From Chrysomallon squamiferum (Eukaryota > Animalia > Mollusca): a stretch of 64,000 nucleotides of DNA. The first letter of the stretch is position 1. Every line of letters begins with the position of its first letter. This document shows positions 41,110-57,992 of this stretch, piece by piece. The translations under genes and the position numbers were made by a program. The notes below the pieces were generated by a model, which saw only the letters and a list, made by a program, of their open reading frames with translations, had not been told where the DNA came from and ran no database searches. The stretch spans positions 14,570,001-14,634,000 of the forward strand of contig CM022679.1 of the NCBI GenBank assembly GCA_012295275.1, read 5' to 3'.

Positions 41110-42464
41110 TTTAAAAAACTAATAGTAATAAAAATAAAAAAAAATAATAATAGTAAAAGTTAAGTATATCTGACAGTTTCTTCTAATCGTTAATATGGTA
41201 GAAAAGAAACAATAACAAAAAAAAATATATATATATATATAAAAAATTGGCGGTATGCCACGAAAAAGAGGTATATGAATGAGCTGAATTTATTATTATT
41301 ATTTTTATTATTTTATTTATTTATTTTATTATTTATTAATATTATTTTTGTTAATTTATTTATTTATTATTATTTTTGTGATTTTATTTATTTATTTATT
41401 TATTATTTTATTTATTTATTTATTTTTTTACCCATTTGTATGGGTTTTTGTTCAAACTGACACCACAGAATGACGCACTCAGCACTTCACAGTTATCAGA
41501 CATTATTCATAATTATTGTTAAGAATTATACAGAAAACGAAATGCTGTCAAGGAATTGGTTACTTTCATCGTTTAACAGCAAACGTTCTTTCATATGCCC
41601 TTGTTTCACCTTTAAATTATAAAACAATATCATGTTCTAAACAGAAATTCTCTTTAAGATAAAAACCCACCGAAATAAAAAAAAAAGAAAAAAAAAAAAA
41701 AATAATAAAAAAATAAATAAAATAAAATAAATAAATAAATAAATAAATAAATAAATATAACAACGACAACAAAATCAATAATAATAATAATAATAATAAT
41801 AATTAAAATGAAACAAAAAATGAAATAAAATAAAATAAAATAGCATTTTCATTTTAAATAAAAAATTAAAAAAAACGACAGCTGATCTAATAACAGGTTA
41901 AAATCCAATAAAGCTTTTCTCTTCATCTATTTACTCACTTAAAAAAAAAAAAAAAAAAAAAAACACAAAACGAACAAACTCCGACTTAACCAACACAAAC
42001 CTGAAGTTTGAAACTCGATAACAAAGCAATAATCGGTAGAAAAGATCAAGGTGTCCACTAACAGGAATCGATCCGGCGACCCAAACACCAAGGAGATTGG
42101 ATTGTGTTTTCATTAATTACATTGTCTCTATCGGTTGTGACGCAGCGTGCGAGAAAAAGACGCATGATGTGCGCTGTGACATTACGCGATCGATCACGGT
42201 GGAGAATGAAAACAAAGGTAAGTGTGAAAACTAATATTACCCACTGACAAACAACTGACATCAGACACTAACAGGTGTAATTATCGTGCCAGTTAGACCA
42301 CGTGCAGCGATACACCTGTAAAAAGTGTATCAAGTGACGTTAGAGCGTTGAAAAAATATATCCAGTTTCGGAAGATTAATTAAAAGTTTGTTGTTGTTGT
42401 TGTTGTTTTTGTAAAGTTACTGGCTATAGTTGTTTTCGGGATAAATACATATATGTATACATAT

Positions 42465-43140
<676 letters not shown>

Positions 43141-44473
43141 ATTTCTAAATATTGTTGTCATTATGCTTGTTATTTTTTTTATCTCCTAATATATGTGTAT
43201 ATACACGTGTGTGTGTGTTCACGTGTGTGTGTGTGTGTGTGTGTCTGTGTATGTTGATATATATGTATGTCTGTGTGTGTATATACATATAATGTGTGTG
43301 TATATGTATGTATATATGAAAGATAAATATATACATAGACTTACAGATGTATTTTTTATTTTTTATTTTTTATTTTTTATTTTTTTTAGCCCTTTTTATA
43401 TTATGTTACTGAAAAAAGAAAGTCCTAACCTGCTAATCACTTATTTCAGAGAGTTTAATTAAAGTCATTTCTCGGTTATTTGTCCAGTTCATGCACCGAT
43501 GTAAAGCACATTGATAACTCGCAGTCGCCGTTAACAGATCATTAATTAATAGCTAATCCAGCGTTCTGTGATGAGCTTATGAATCGATGTATTCGTACAA
43601 ATAACGGGATCGATTCCGTTACCAGGGACAAATGAAGCATTTTCTAACGGTTCGTGTCAAAGTTCATTTGTTGTCTGTTTGTTGTTAATACTTTCTTTTC
43701 GAATAAATCAATTATTCTGTGATATTTTGTCTTCTTTCGTTTATTTTTTTTTTTTACTCATTTAATAATGTTTTTGTTTTTTTAAAACCTCATTGGTCTT
43801 TATTTTTCCATTCATCATTTTTATATCTTATTTCCTTCTGTCGTTTTGCCTTTTTCTTTGTGTTTATTTTTTCATGCCCAACAACAACAATAATAATAAA
43901 TCGACTTACACCAGTTAGTTAAAAGATGTCTAAGTATGGCATGGTCAGAGAACAATGCTAAACTCAGGTGGCCAAGTCGTAGTTTTTACTTTGTTCCGTT
44001 TAATCCATTCGATCATACATTTTAATTATTTCTTTCTTTCTCCATATGTCTATTTTTCATTTCCTTTTCAAACTTTTTTTGAGTTTTTTTTTATTTATGT
44101 AATTTTTTTTTTATCCTTCTGTTTATAATTAATTACTTGCTTTCTTTTCTTTATTCTTCTTGTTATCCATTTTACCTTCACTTATTTTTAAAAAAAAATT
44201 TAATTATTTCTCTCAATGTTTAATTTTTTTTTTACTTTCCTGCCTTTTCCTTTTTATCATTTTTTTTTCTTTCTTACCTTAACAATTTCTTTCTATCGTT
44301 TGTTTTTCCTTTCTTCTTTTTATTTACTTTTCCGAACCACTAACGTAATATTATACGTATTTCAGTTGTTAAATCTAATTAGATTACATCGATCTCTGTG
44401 AAATCTTGTTTACCAATCTGTGACCTTCACATGCAACACAAATAATGTGATTTTTTAAATGCATTTCAGACAG

Positions 44474-44566
<93 letters not shown>

Positions 44567-45654
44567 TTAGTCAGGAAGTCAAATCGATGATGGTTCTATT
44601 TTTTTCAATAGGTCAGATCAGTCTAAAATACTGTAAGATAAATGGCTGCTACGCACGAACAAGAAACAAACAACGAAATCATCGTGTTTTGTACTTCAGT
44701 AGCGGAAACACATTACATTATCACCGCTTACAAGCACATTTAACAGAAATATATAACATTAGCGCTGGATTAAAGAACACAAATATTTACAGATAAATAT
44801 GTGTACTTACAAAAGACATTTTGGAATGGAAAAAAAATTAACGTGCTAATCAGAGCAAGCTGTTGTGAAGCACGTCTGCGACGGGCACGCTTTCTGACAG
44901 GTCAGCGGGCGCGTCCGTCGCAAGACATTTTGTCTTGGTTTAGTCTTATGTACGGAAAGGATTTCAAAAACGCTATTTAATTGGATTTCAGAAAATCTGT
45001 ATTAACCAATCATGTTGCATGTTATAAGTGTCATTTTTACGACAGTTTCCCTTTAACGTAGAATTTTTGATATGCAATTGCAGCAATAAAAAAAAATGAT
45101 GTAGCCATTTCATCGTAAATAGACCATAAAGTTAATTTTCCAGAATTAAATGTTCAGGACAATAAAAAAAAAAAAAAAAAAAAAAAAAACGACACAAACA
45201 ACAAAATGAACTAAACTTCATAAGTAAACGTCAGTGATGTCATTTACATGATAAAAATATTTCAAATATGAAGACGTCACAGGTCGATATGAGAAAGAAA
45301 ATAAAACGTAAAGGAACGAATTATATTCATCGAATTTAATAATCAGAGCGGAAAGAACTAGATATTTAACATACGTTTTGTGCCCTTGCTGCAGGGCATC
45401 ACTTTATCAGGTAAATATAGAAAACTCAAAGTGGATCTCATCACCCTCAAAATGTGTTTCTTCTTATTATTATTACTACAACAAGAACAACTAACTTCTT
45501 CTATTACAGTTACCACAACTGTAACTACTACTACTATTACTACTGCTATTGTTACTACTACCATTATCACTACTTCAAAAGTAGTACAGATACTATACTA
45601 CTAATGCTACTACTATTACTATTACTAATGCTACTACTATCACTACCACTACTT

Positions 45655-45699
<45 letters not shown>

Positions 45700-46799
45700 T
45701 TACCAGTACTAAATTACAAAATACATTTAATACTTAAAGTTATATCCCACCTTTTCGAAATGCTTGATCCGGCCCTGTTTTCTATTACATTTTGAGATGG
45801 AAAATCTAACATTTGGTTTATTTTGTGTTTTATTTGAGTTCTTTTGTTTTTTTTTATACATCGCTAGTAAATAAAATTAATAATTTACAAGAAGACACAG
45901 AGTAACATCAATAGGTACAAAACACGAAAATAATACAACAAAAGAAGTTAGAGAACACCAGAAAATAATAATTGATTATTCAGATTAAGTACGGCATCTT
46001 TTTCAATAAAGAAGTTTTTCTGATTGTATTTTGGTGCATAGAAAACTACTATGCGTGGAAATAAGCTTCTACATGAACTAAATTTTAATATAAACTAAAA
46101 ATAATCATAATAATAATAAGAAGAAGAAGACGGAGGAGGTAAGGAGGAGGAGAAGAATTAAACTAAAGCATTGGACGGATTTAACACAAAAACAATGTTA
46201 TGTATAAACGCATTCGGATGTCTTTTGAAACTCATATTTATATTAATACTGAAACAAGAACACCTATGTACGGCACACATAAAAAAATCCCTTTATACTG
46301 AGCGTATAATAATATAATAATAATTAAAAAATCTGTAACGTACCATCATATATGGACTAAAAACATTAACATACTTCACAGTATTTCATAAACCATCATG
46401 ATTCTATAAAAGTTCTGCTGAAATGAATAAATCGCTGTTCTAAAGAAATGAATGTAAATACTGCAGATGTTACCCACAGAAATTAAATGTATATTGGTAA
46501 TAACAGTTAAAATGTATACTGGCAAAAACGGTTAATATATTTTGATAATAACAGTTAAAACCAGCAAGCGAAAATACGTTAATTAAAACCACTTCGTTTA
46601 GCGAGTGTCAGGAAAACAAACATGTGATTTAGACACTTTTAACTACAACTTTTATTACTATTGTTGCTGCTGCTACTACTCCTAACACTGTTAATAACAT
46701 TAACATTAAAATAATGATGATTACTGTTAAAATAAGCAAACGAAAAGTTATATAAAAACTGCTTTGTAGTGCTCTGGATATCGAACTCTGAATTAGCTT

Positions 46800-47200
46800 A
46801 CTTCTTTACTGTTGTTAATATTACCACCACCAGTACTAGCACTACTAATACTACTACCATTATTACAACAACAACTACTATTATTAAAACTACTTTTGCT
46901 ACTTCTACAGCAACTGCTGCTTTAACTATAACTACTATGACTACAATAATTCTAATAATATTAACTATTACTGCTGTGACTGCTACTTCAAATACTGCTA
47001 TTTTTAATAATTATTACAATTTGTGCTACTACTACTAATAATAACATAGCTACTGCTATTGCAGTCACTACTAATAATACAGCTACTGCTATTACAATCA
47101 CTACTACTACTGCTAAAACAACAAATACTCTACAACAACTATTATTACTACAACTTCTTGTGTTAATAATACCATTAACAATAAACTATAACCGCTACTC
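46800..47200. repeat. Degenerate (ACT/AAT)n low-complexity tract
   Basis: Long trinucleotide-periodic stretch. Similar tracts at ~21470-21680, 35375-35640 and 45460-45710, with many (TAA)n, (CA)n and (TACA)n runs throughout. Confidence 0.9.
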
Positions 47201-47526
47201 ACAGAATTTGCATCATTTTGTTTCCAGTATCAACGTCAACCTGGCTGGCATTTGAACTCGAGATGAGCTCTACATCGAGTGATTGATGGCTGCTGAAAAC
47301 ACTATGTTGAAAAGAAAACATGCCTCGAGTGATAGCCCATATATCACGATATGAAATCGGCTAATCAATACAGGACGTGCCTATTTTCACTTCCTAGGTA
47401 CAACAGAACAAAGGAAAAACTACGGCTTGGCGACCTGTAGTTTAGCACTTGTATTGTCCTCCGACTGCGAGACACTTAGACATCTTTTAATTAACTGGTG
47501 TACATCGATTTATTATTATTATGATT

Positions 47527-47565
<39 letters not shown>

Positions 47566-48562
47566 GCTGCTGCTGCTGCTGCTGATGTTGTTGTTGTTGC
47601 AGTTGTTACTGTTATTATTATTGTTGTTGATATCAAGGTGCGAGAGGGAAAACAAGATTATCGATAAAGTGAAAACTGAATTAAGATTTGTTTTAAAAGA
47701 AAATTTGAAATAATCATATATGTGTTAATGTCTATTACTTATTTATTATTTATTTCATTTTCTGCACATTTTTCTTTTCTTTAACAAATTCTAATAATAT
47801 TATTATTCCTCTACTTTAGTTGTCATTTTTAATGGCAGTAAAACAGTTATTGTGATGGTGGTGTTGTGACGACTGATATATATAAAAAAAAAAAAAGAAA
47901 AAAGAAAGAAGAAAAAGAAGAAAAAAGAAAAAAACAACAAAAAAACACCCACTAAAGTATTACATAAAGTCTATATATATATATACCTAGTTAGAAACAT
48001 TCAGACTAGCAAGTTCCTATCTGCTTTTATTTTATTTTTATTTTTTTATCTAGTTTGTTTGTTTTATTAACTATTACAGAAAAAACATTTCTTGAAAAGT
48101 TAATAAATCCCTATGTTAATAAAACACTTCCAGTGGGTTTTCTTTTCTCTCCTTTTTATTTTATTACTTTTTCTTTTTTATTGTTATGTTTATATATATA
48201 TATTATATATATATATATATGTATCAATAAAATACTCAACTTTCATTAATGCCACCACATGCAAGAGTTCAGAGGCTGAAATTACGAAACAATTAACAAG
48301 TATCAGGTGCACCAATGTTTCTAGCTTTGAAAACGTTATAAATTACAAAAAAAACAAAAACAAAAATATGTTTCGGCAAATGAATGAGAATTAATAATAA
48401 ATAATTTGTGAGTAGTGCAAACGACCAAGAAAATATAGAAACAAAGGTTATTTCTCGGTCACATATCTTTCGTAATTTTATTATTTAACGGAAGTAGTAA
48501 GTTTCAAATAATTACCATTGAAAAATGGAAGTTTTAAATATTTTATTTTTTTTACTATATAA

Positions 48563-48619
<57 letters not shown>

Positions 48620-50056
48620 AAACAATACATGTATCGGTAAATATTCAATACAAAAGTATCTCGCATACTGAAATACTTTCTCATCGCAGGTGGAAATTAC
48701 ATAAAAGAAGAACGGAAATCAAACTGGCGGAGTAAAACCATGAAGTGCATGCGTATAACAATCAATCTTTAACTTAAGGTTTAAGTAAGAACATGTAGGA
48801 TTTTATTTTTTTGTTTATCCCAACTGTTGATCCCATAATGACTGCATTAGCAGTGCCACTGGCATCAGAAGCTTACATTCTGCGGTTACTACATATTGGG
48901 GGAAAACAAAACATAATTAGACCCGGATACGGGCTAATACTTTCCATATACAGCGGATCGCAGTATAATGAACATTAATATCAGTGAACGTCATGCATGC
49001 GTTAAAGCATTAAACTAATTACATGTGCAAATGCTGGTAGAAGAATCTCCAAGTCCTACTTAAAGACGAAGGAAATCATCTAAAATCCGACTAACTCGAT
49101 TTCTGTTTTTCTGAAAACCGAACCGTGCATTTGAACCTCTGTGTGATTGTCACCAAGGCCTCATTACAGTAAAAACAGAATGTTATTATGCTGGACGAGT
49201 AATAAAGAAAAAGACTTGATGATTTGCCGCTGAGCAACTGGCCACATGTAAATCTAACTGTTTTCAGCTGTAAGGTGCTTTGACCATTTTAACATAAATC
49301 TATACCCTTATCTATGTTTCTGTCAGATTATCAGTCGGTATAACGTATCTGTCAGAACGTATGCGTGAATATCTTGTTTATCCCTTTAAAATGAATTTAG
49401 TACCTGCGTCCTTTCTCTCCCGTCTTTTCCCCCCATATATATCAGTTTGTCTGTTTATCAGTCCTGTCTGTCAGTCTATTTATCTATATGTTTATCTATA
49501 TATCTATCTATCTATGGTCTATCTTATTTTTCTTATCTGGTTATCTCTTCATTTATCTTTTCACTAGTAATGAAATAATACATCCGTAAGTGTGTGTGTG
49601 CGGGTGCGTGCGTGCGTGCGTGTTCGACTTCAAACTTTACATTATTTAATAAATGATACATCAGTCTTAATGCGTCTTCTTAACAAAGATCTTTCAACAC
49701 ATCAACAAGTAGCTTGCTCCTTTTTTTTTTTTTCTTTTTTTTTTTTCCCCTCCCATCCTTGCTGAAAGTTTTATCCCATCTCTACAAAATATGATCAAAT
49801 GATGGACCTTGTCGAGCAAAAGAAGAATAAATTGATTTCAGTAATGAAGCCATTGAAACCGTCGTATGGGATCATCGTGCTCGTAAGAATAGGCAGATGG
49901 AAAAGACAGGGCTCGTTGGATGGAATTCTATTAATACCTGCCCAGTCGCTTTATTTCTTCACCGTTAACCAAGGTCGTATCAGACAAACACGCTAGTCTC
50001 TCGGGTCAGATTTTCTGTATTTCAGTGTAAATCAGTTTAGAGAGAAAATGAGAATG

Positions 50057-50106
<50 letters not shown>

Positions 50107-50213
50107 GTTACTAAAATAGTGTTTAATAATTATAATTTTATTAATGCATGAATTGTAAATATTTTAATGTTTGGATTTATCAGCAACAACAACTACAGCA
50201 ATAATAAATAAAC

Positions 50214-50244
<31 letters not shown>

Positions 50245-51109
50245 AAATAAATTGTAAATAATCCTTTAAGGAAATACAAACTCCATTAAACATATTTCCT
50301 TCCTGGGGCTATGACAAATTCGAATGTAAAACCTAAGTGGGTTGACACAAGTTTGACGACACCAGATACTTCATTAAACATTCAAGGATGTTGTTTCACA
50401 TTTGGGCCAAGGTTGCAAATAAATACCTCATCCTGGGTTATCCTACAAAAAAAGTATTCAGACTACGAAAGAGACGTCAGGTCAAACGGATGTCTAAAGA
50501 AAAGTCCTTTCTTTTTTTCCTAATCCGTTTGTTTTATCTACGCTATAGCTGGTCTTCTAGTGAAAACTAGACCTGCCAAGCCGCAGGATGACATCATAAT
50601 AGTAACCTGTTGGACACCGTTTACAAATTTTGTGATAATGTAATCAATATCGCGTACGTTTTCCTGAGACTGGCTTTAATCAAATAATGTTTAATGATGT
50701 CAGACTTGTCTTTTGTAAGCGATTCCATGGTTTATGCTAGTCTGATATTGATGTTTTGCTGACATGATGTAATGTGTGGGCAGTTTCCTTGTGGTACACT
50801 GCAGGTTTTCCCAGAATGTTGATAACGTCTTCAGAGATGACATAATAATCCATGAATACTTTAAGTTGCCGCATAAGTATTTTTGGTTATTTCTGAATCA
50901 AACTTCCTTGCTGGTAGAAGACGTTAATTTCAAGACTTTCTTTCCTTATTCAGAGAAATGTTCACAGCCTAAAACCACTCTGTCAGCCAGGAGTGCACTG
51001 AAGCAAGATCTACACACACAACTTCTGTATTTTAAACAGTATGGTTCAACGATTATTTGCTGAATTATTATGACATTTTAACTACTTCATATCTCTACTC
51101 TTACTACAG

Positions 51110-51344
<235 letters not shown>

Positions 51345-51890
51345 TCAGTAGCCTGTATGGTTATGTAATTTGTATTTTGTACAATATAATATTAAAGAAA
51401 ATAATAAAGAAAAACAAAAAATCTATTGAAATGTGCGAACATTCAAGAAATCTTGTCCAAAATTAAAATAACTATTACATATCCACTCGATATTTTAAAC
51501 TGAGCCTTGACCTATTCAGAATGTTATTACGATTCACCAAAATCTATTCAAAATTAATAATTACTATTATCTTCAGGACAAATATATGACCGAGTGAACA
51601 GCTATTGTCTTCATAACGTGAGAGTAATTAGTTCGTTAACTGATTAAAAACAGAAACAGAAGAAATTTGTTTATCGTTGAATCTAACAAGATTTTTAATG
51701 TAATGAACTTTAAACTCGTTATTGTATTATCTTAAAGATATTATATTGAGCGCGCGAGAGAAATTAACTGCTTAAAAATAGAAAAAAAAAAAGAATAGAA
51801 TTCTTAATTAAAGATAATGAAGGAGAAGATTCGCTATCATCAAGCAATTAGCCACTCTTTTTTCAATTAGCGGCAACGATCTTTTATACT

Positions 51891-51933
<43 letters not shown>

Positions 51934-54029
51934 TGGATATAAAGAAAAATTATAAATATAATAATAATAATTTAAAAAAATAAATAATAAATTAATTAAT
52001 TAATTAAAAATATGGATATCCACCTCACAGGATCTGCTAATAAACAAGTACAGAGTCAAAAGTTGGAATGGAAAATAGAAATGAGACCTAATATACCGCA
52101 GACGCTTTTCTGTAACCACTAAGCTGCGGCTTGGCCTTATAATTTATTTATTTGATTAAAACGAAGTTGTCATTTCACCTCGCTCCTTGAAAACACTAAG
52201 TCGAGAAAAGATATGGCGCCGTCGCTGCTGCCTTGTGTTCGTTATCTGGCCTACTTTTCTTGTAACTAGTCATCGACGTCTGTCGGAGATCACAGTTGGC
52301 ATAACAAAATGTCTCCACCTTCCATAGGGGTGTTTGACGGGCTGATTAAAAGAAGGAATGAAAGTTAAAAGCCTGTGTTCGGGGATCGCTTAACGATATT
52401 ACTTTGGCGACAGTAAGATGAAATAATCCGTAATTTTTGTCGATTTGGAATTGGACTGTACATTCTTCGAATCTTCGGGGATTAAGCGCCTTATTGCTTT
52501 ACCAATATCGGGCACGAATCGTTGCCCCGTGGAGAAACGTCGTAAGACCCCGGGAAATTAGATAATGTAAACTAGTTAAATAGCTGTTTAAAACAGAAAC
52601 TCGACGTCGACATTTTAAAAATAGATGATCTCGTTAACAATTACTTGGAATGGTTTTGTTGGCACGTTCATGTAATTAAAATACAAAAGAAAACCACACA
52701 AAAAAACTGTATTTTTTTTAACAGCTTGCTGACATCAGTCAATAAAATACGAACAAAAACTGTCATGCTGACACCAGTTGTGACATAATTAGTGACTTTT
52801 GAAAAACTATGGCAATGTTATTGAAATATTGGCTGGTAATGTACTGAGAGAGAGGAAGAGCAGGCGACTGCGTGCGTATGTGTGTGAGCGAGTGCTTGTC
52901 TGTTAGGCCTAATGATTTTGCTTTTTTATTTGCATTGTCATGAAAAATACATAATAATGATTATATTCTTTGAAAATGATGAAAATGCTTTGTTTGTTAG
53001 TTCGTTCTTCTTCTAACGTATTCACAGATCGTGTGATTCCTGTTTTGTAATTCTGGCCTTGCACATCGATGTATAACATTACTTTTCAGTTTTTTGTTAG
53101 TGATTGATTGTGTTTGAGTAGATATGTACATAGAGATAACCTTTCCTACTGCTATATGAATCTTCAGAAACCGATTTTTACATTGTTAGAATAATGAATA
53201 TTTTAAGATTCTGCACAAATTCAAGCCAGTATTTTTCTGTCATTTGATAAATATTAAAAGAATACATATATTCATGTTTACGCAGCAATGAACGCGCACG
53301 TACACGTATTTGAAAACAAAAAGATTATACTTTTGTATAAAATGAAAAAGAAAAAGATATATAAAACTCACCTTACTTTGTTCATCAAATAGTCACAGAT
53401 GAAACAGTTCATTAAGTCTGTTAATTATATGTTTAACTGTAATTCTGTTTAGTTACAAAGATCAAAATGCTCACGGATCAAACAAACTGAAATTCACGTA
53501 ACACTACGACAGCCGTAAACACCAGACGTTGTCACAAATAACGTCGACTTGGAGGAAATAACGACATTTGCCAGTGCTTAATGTTTAGTCACTTCCAGAA
53601 AGAAAAAAAAACAACAAAAAGAACGGTGACTATCGACAACGCTCTCTAAAATTGTTGCAACAAAGAGTTTCCCCAAAATGCCTGGCTCTCTGGAATTCTG
53701 AAAATGTTTCAGTTACATGAATTATATTTAATCAGATATGTAATATTTTTTGTAAATATTTCATTTTTGATAAACACACTCTGCAGTTATCTCAGAGATG
53801 CTGTAATCCTGTTGCAGAATGTTATTAGTGCTGTGTGACTCCCAGGTCGTCGGTTCAGTGTTTTATCTTTTATATTTTCTCAGATCACGTTACACAGAAC
53901 AGACATCCATTCAGTCTTCAGTTCACAGAATAATTTAGCTGAAACTCCTTCAACAGTTTCAACCAACAAGCTTCGTAGAGATAACCTGAATATTTCTGAT
54001 ATGAGATTGCTAATTTCTTCTTTCCTCTG

Positions 54030-54090
<61 letters not shown>

Positions 54091-55212
54091 TTTCTTTTTT
54101 TATTATTATTATTATTTACGTTTCCTTTTATCTCTTAATGTCTACTCTTCTCGCATTTTTTTTCCCCTTTATTTTTCTTTCCCTCAACAGAAATGCAACT
54201 TGGAGTTAATGGCTGAAAGAATGAGTTCACGGAACTCTTTTCATTAAATCGTGTGTCATTCTCGGGACTGCGTCTCCGTTCTGTCAGTTAACCTCTGCTG
54301 CCAGAAGACACAAACACCTCGACAGAATGGACTGACACAAGAATCTAGTAATTAAATTCTGATTCGTGTTCATTCGACGTGGATCAATAGCAAAACGTGT
54401 TTGTAACCTACCTCCGAACAAACGCGAACAGGTTTAGAACAAAATCCGGTTTTAGTTTCAATGCTTGTCCAACAAGATTGGTAATTAACAAATTTAAAAA
54501 AAAAAGATATACATAAATAAAAATCCTTGTTATCGTTTTGGTGGTAATCACAAAAGCCGGACACGTGAAATAACAATAATAAAAAAAAAAAATTAAAAAT
54601 GTTTTTAAAATTCCATTTGTTTTTTAACTAATTTGTTTCCAAATTCAAATGTCTTCTAAGCTGACACAAGATGTCGACAGATTTGTGATCACAAAGTGAT
54701 GAAACGTTTCACGAGGTGCTCCGATGACCAGAGACAACAAACCGATTTTCGGAGCTGCTCACAAACAATTACGATCGATGGCTGAGCAAGGCGGCCACAC
54801 GGCCGATTCCAGTGGCAGTGTAGGTTACCATTGGACAGATATGGTCAGCTGCAGTAGCACGCGCGATGTGATGGATGCAAATAAGAAGACGGCAAGACGG
54901 TCGCAGATAACGCGGCTCGCAGTATTAAGAAGCGGTTATTCGAGAAACGCGAACATGTTGTTCTGTTTTAGTAAAACAACGCTCCGCAAAGTCAATCAGC
55001 ACCTAGATATTGTAGGATTAACCGAGGGACATATGTTTCTACGTGTACAAACTATCATATTTTAATCTTACTTCCTTATGCTTTTTTCTCTATAGCAGCC
55101 TGTGCGGCTCGCTGGTTAAAGCGCGCGTCTGAAGGATGAATAATAGCGCTTCTGATGTCAGCACTGATGTATAAAAGGCAGTGGTATGTGTTGATCTGCG
55201 GGAAGGCGCTTA

Positions 55213-55244
<32 letters not shown>

Positions 55245-56009
55245 TATTACATGTCGATCACACAGAGTAGACAAAGAATGTTTTCTCTCTCTCATAAGTC
55301 TTTAATCGAAAGATATCTTCAGCTCCTAAATAAATCGTTAAATAAAAATCTTATTTTTTTTAAATCCTTATCAGTTTTAGGTTTTACTTAGCAAATTATA
55401 AACTGTGTGTCATTGTGTGTATGTTTTTCGGCGTATCTTTTCCCAAACTTACAACAAAACTTTCATCCATCCATCTCTAACAGCAGAAATATTTTCAGTT
55501 TCCTTGTCCATTCAGTAATAAACCAAAAGCATTCCGTAAATAGCTTTCACGCACTATACACTTATATGTAATGAAAAACACAGAATGTAATTAATTATTC
55601 ACAACACCGTATGTAAGAAACGTTGCTTTGTTTAGGCAAATGTCAATGACTATTTAGTAGTTAATAAGTTACCACTAAGGTACGCTCACATCTGGTACCC
55701 GTTCAATACTTCTTTGTGTTCATGTTTTATTAAACGCAGAGCGTGGTCAACAAAGCTTTTCTGCGAGGTTTTTATCTCTTCTGTCAGATTTATTAAAAAA
55801 GCGGCGTGAGAAATGCGTCTCTGTAGTAAAACGAATAACGAAAAGACATTATTGATAGTAAGTAATATTTCTTGTTCGTTTTTCATTAAATCTTGGTACA
55901 AATGAGGATTAATAATAACGGAAGAAAAGAAGAAGAAAAAAGCAAATTAATATTTAGGTTTAAAAGATAAAACAAGCGTTCTGTTCGTTTATTTTCTACT
56001 CTTTACTAA

Positions 56010-56068
<59 letters not shown>

Positions 56069-56954
56069 ATGCTGTACGTGAATGCGTTATTGTAACAAGA
56101 CATTCGATTAACTGAGAAAACCCGTTAACGTGAAAGATAGATAATCCCTTCCCTTTCGGAAACAGATTTAAAACTGTCAAAGATTATGTTATTTCCGTGA
56201 CGGACTCAGATTTTTGTTAAAGGGATGAGACAGTCAGTTCGACCGCCAGCGGGCTAGCAGTTTGTTGAAGGTTGTTTAAGACAATGATGTCACAACAATT
56301 ATATAAAGTATCATACAGGTACACACATGCACGCGCACACACCCATACACATATATGTAAGTAATTAAAGTATTTGAGTTAAAAATTGCTCACACCACGT
56401 GTCATAATTTACAGTGGATGAAAATTATTTGATCTTCTGGAACATACAGCTTCCATACCTCGTGGAATCCATCATCATCACCCACTACAACCCCAGAATC
56501 CGCGCTTTTCGCGTTTTCTTTCTATCTGAAAACACAGAGCATGCTGAGAATAAAAAGTGAGATTAATGCGCAGACGCAACACACCACTCAACATTTCCTC
56601 AGAACCAGTCCATTAGGTGTAGATGACTAAAAACACGCTGTCCGCTACATAACTTTTCAATTAAATCTAAAATTCAAACGGAACATTTAATCTCTCTGCT
56701 CTGTTGAGTTTCGGATCACAAACACACGTTTAATAGCCCGGCCTCTCAACGTAAGTCAGCGACAAAGCCTCTCGGTGATTATTTTCCTTTGGCTTCGGAA
56801 ATCTCCGAGAAATTAGGTCACGTTTAAATGTAACCAGTCCGTTTTTAATCACTTTCTCAACTGGAATGTTGCTGTTTTTCATTGGTTAACGTTTATGTTT
56901 AATACATAAATGGCCGAAAAACGTTTGGAATTTTTTTTTTTTGTTTGTTTGGGA

Positions 56955-56991
<37 letters not shown>

Positions 56992-57170
56992 TATTTATTA
57001 ATTTTTTTTTTTTTTTTTAATAGATAATGTTATGTATGTCTGGACAATTGGTTTGCGGTCTAATTTCATGTGGGGGTTTGAGAGTATTTATTTATTTATT
57101 TATTTGAATAATTTCTAATCTATAATACCTTGAATCAACTTCACGTCTTTCTTATATAAGATTAATAACC

Positions 57171-57203
<33 letters not shown>

Positions 57204-57257
57204 TTTTAATAATTTATTTTTTAATTATTATTATTTTTTATTTTTTATTTTTTTATT

Positions 57258-57314
<57 letters not shown>

Positions 57315-57900
57315 TTGTAACGTCAGCAACACGTAAAGCTATAATTAAGATATATTACTAGGGAAATCTCAATATACCATCTTCTCATTTTCTAAATTAC
57401 CTGAAGATAGAAGAGTGACGAAAACATGTACTTCTTTAACTCTCACAGCTTCGTTAAAACCTGGCACTCGCCAAACATGATGTGATCAAAAGAATGTCTG
57501 AATGTCAAACTTCTTTCTATCTCGCTTTCCTTTTTTAATATATTTTTTTTCAATATTCTCTCTCGCGCGGCTGGATAACCAAATAATTGCTCGGGGTTTT
57601 AAAATCAAAGTATCTACGAATATCTGATGCTCGGCTAAATTTTGTAATTTGTTTGCCTGAAGAGTAATAAGCACACAAGATAAATGTACGGTACTGTTTG
57701 TACTGAACAGATACCAAGCGAAGACTATTTTTAGTCACGTAGTTAGGTGTAGAAGGAAAGAAGGAAAGAGTCAAACAAATGAAGAAGAATAAAAAATTGA
57801 AAGAAATATGAATCTCATTGGATCCAAGACCGTACAGAATATAAACAGATAAAATTTGGACTTACATACGTGAATACAATCACAAATGAGAGCGGAGATT

Positions 57901-57992
<92 letters not shown>

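Noticed and set aside
42050-42095. tRNA-like B-box segment (minus strand GGATCGATTCC; similar on plus at ~43606)
   Set aside because: No cloverleaf can be formed. It is more consistent with a decayed tRNA-derived SINE head.
56459-56525. Possible minus-strand exon (KENAKSADSGVVVGDDDGFHE, 56459-56521, donor GAG|GTATGG)
   Set aside because: It is open only as phase 0-0 from a TAG acceptor, which is incompatible with the phase-1 chain of 5' exons. No homology. It might be a UTR exon but cannot be supported.
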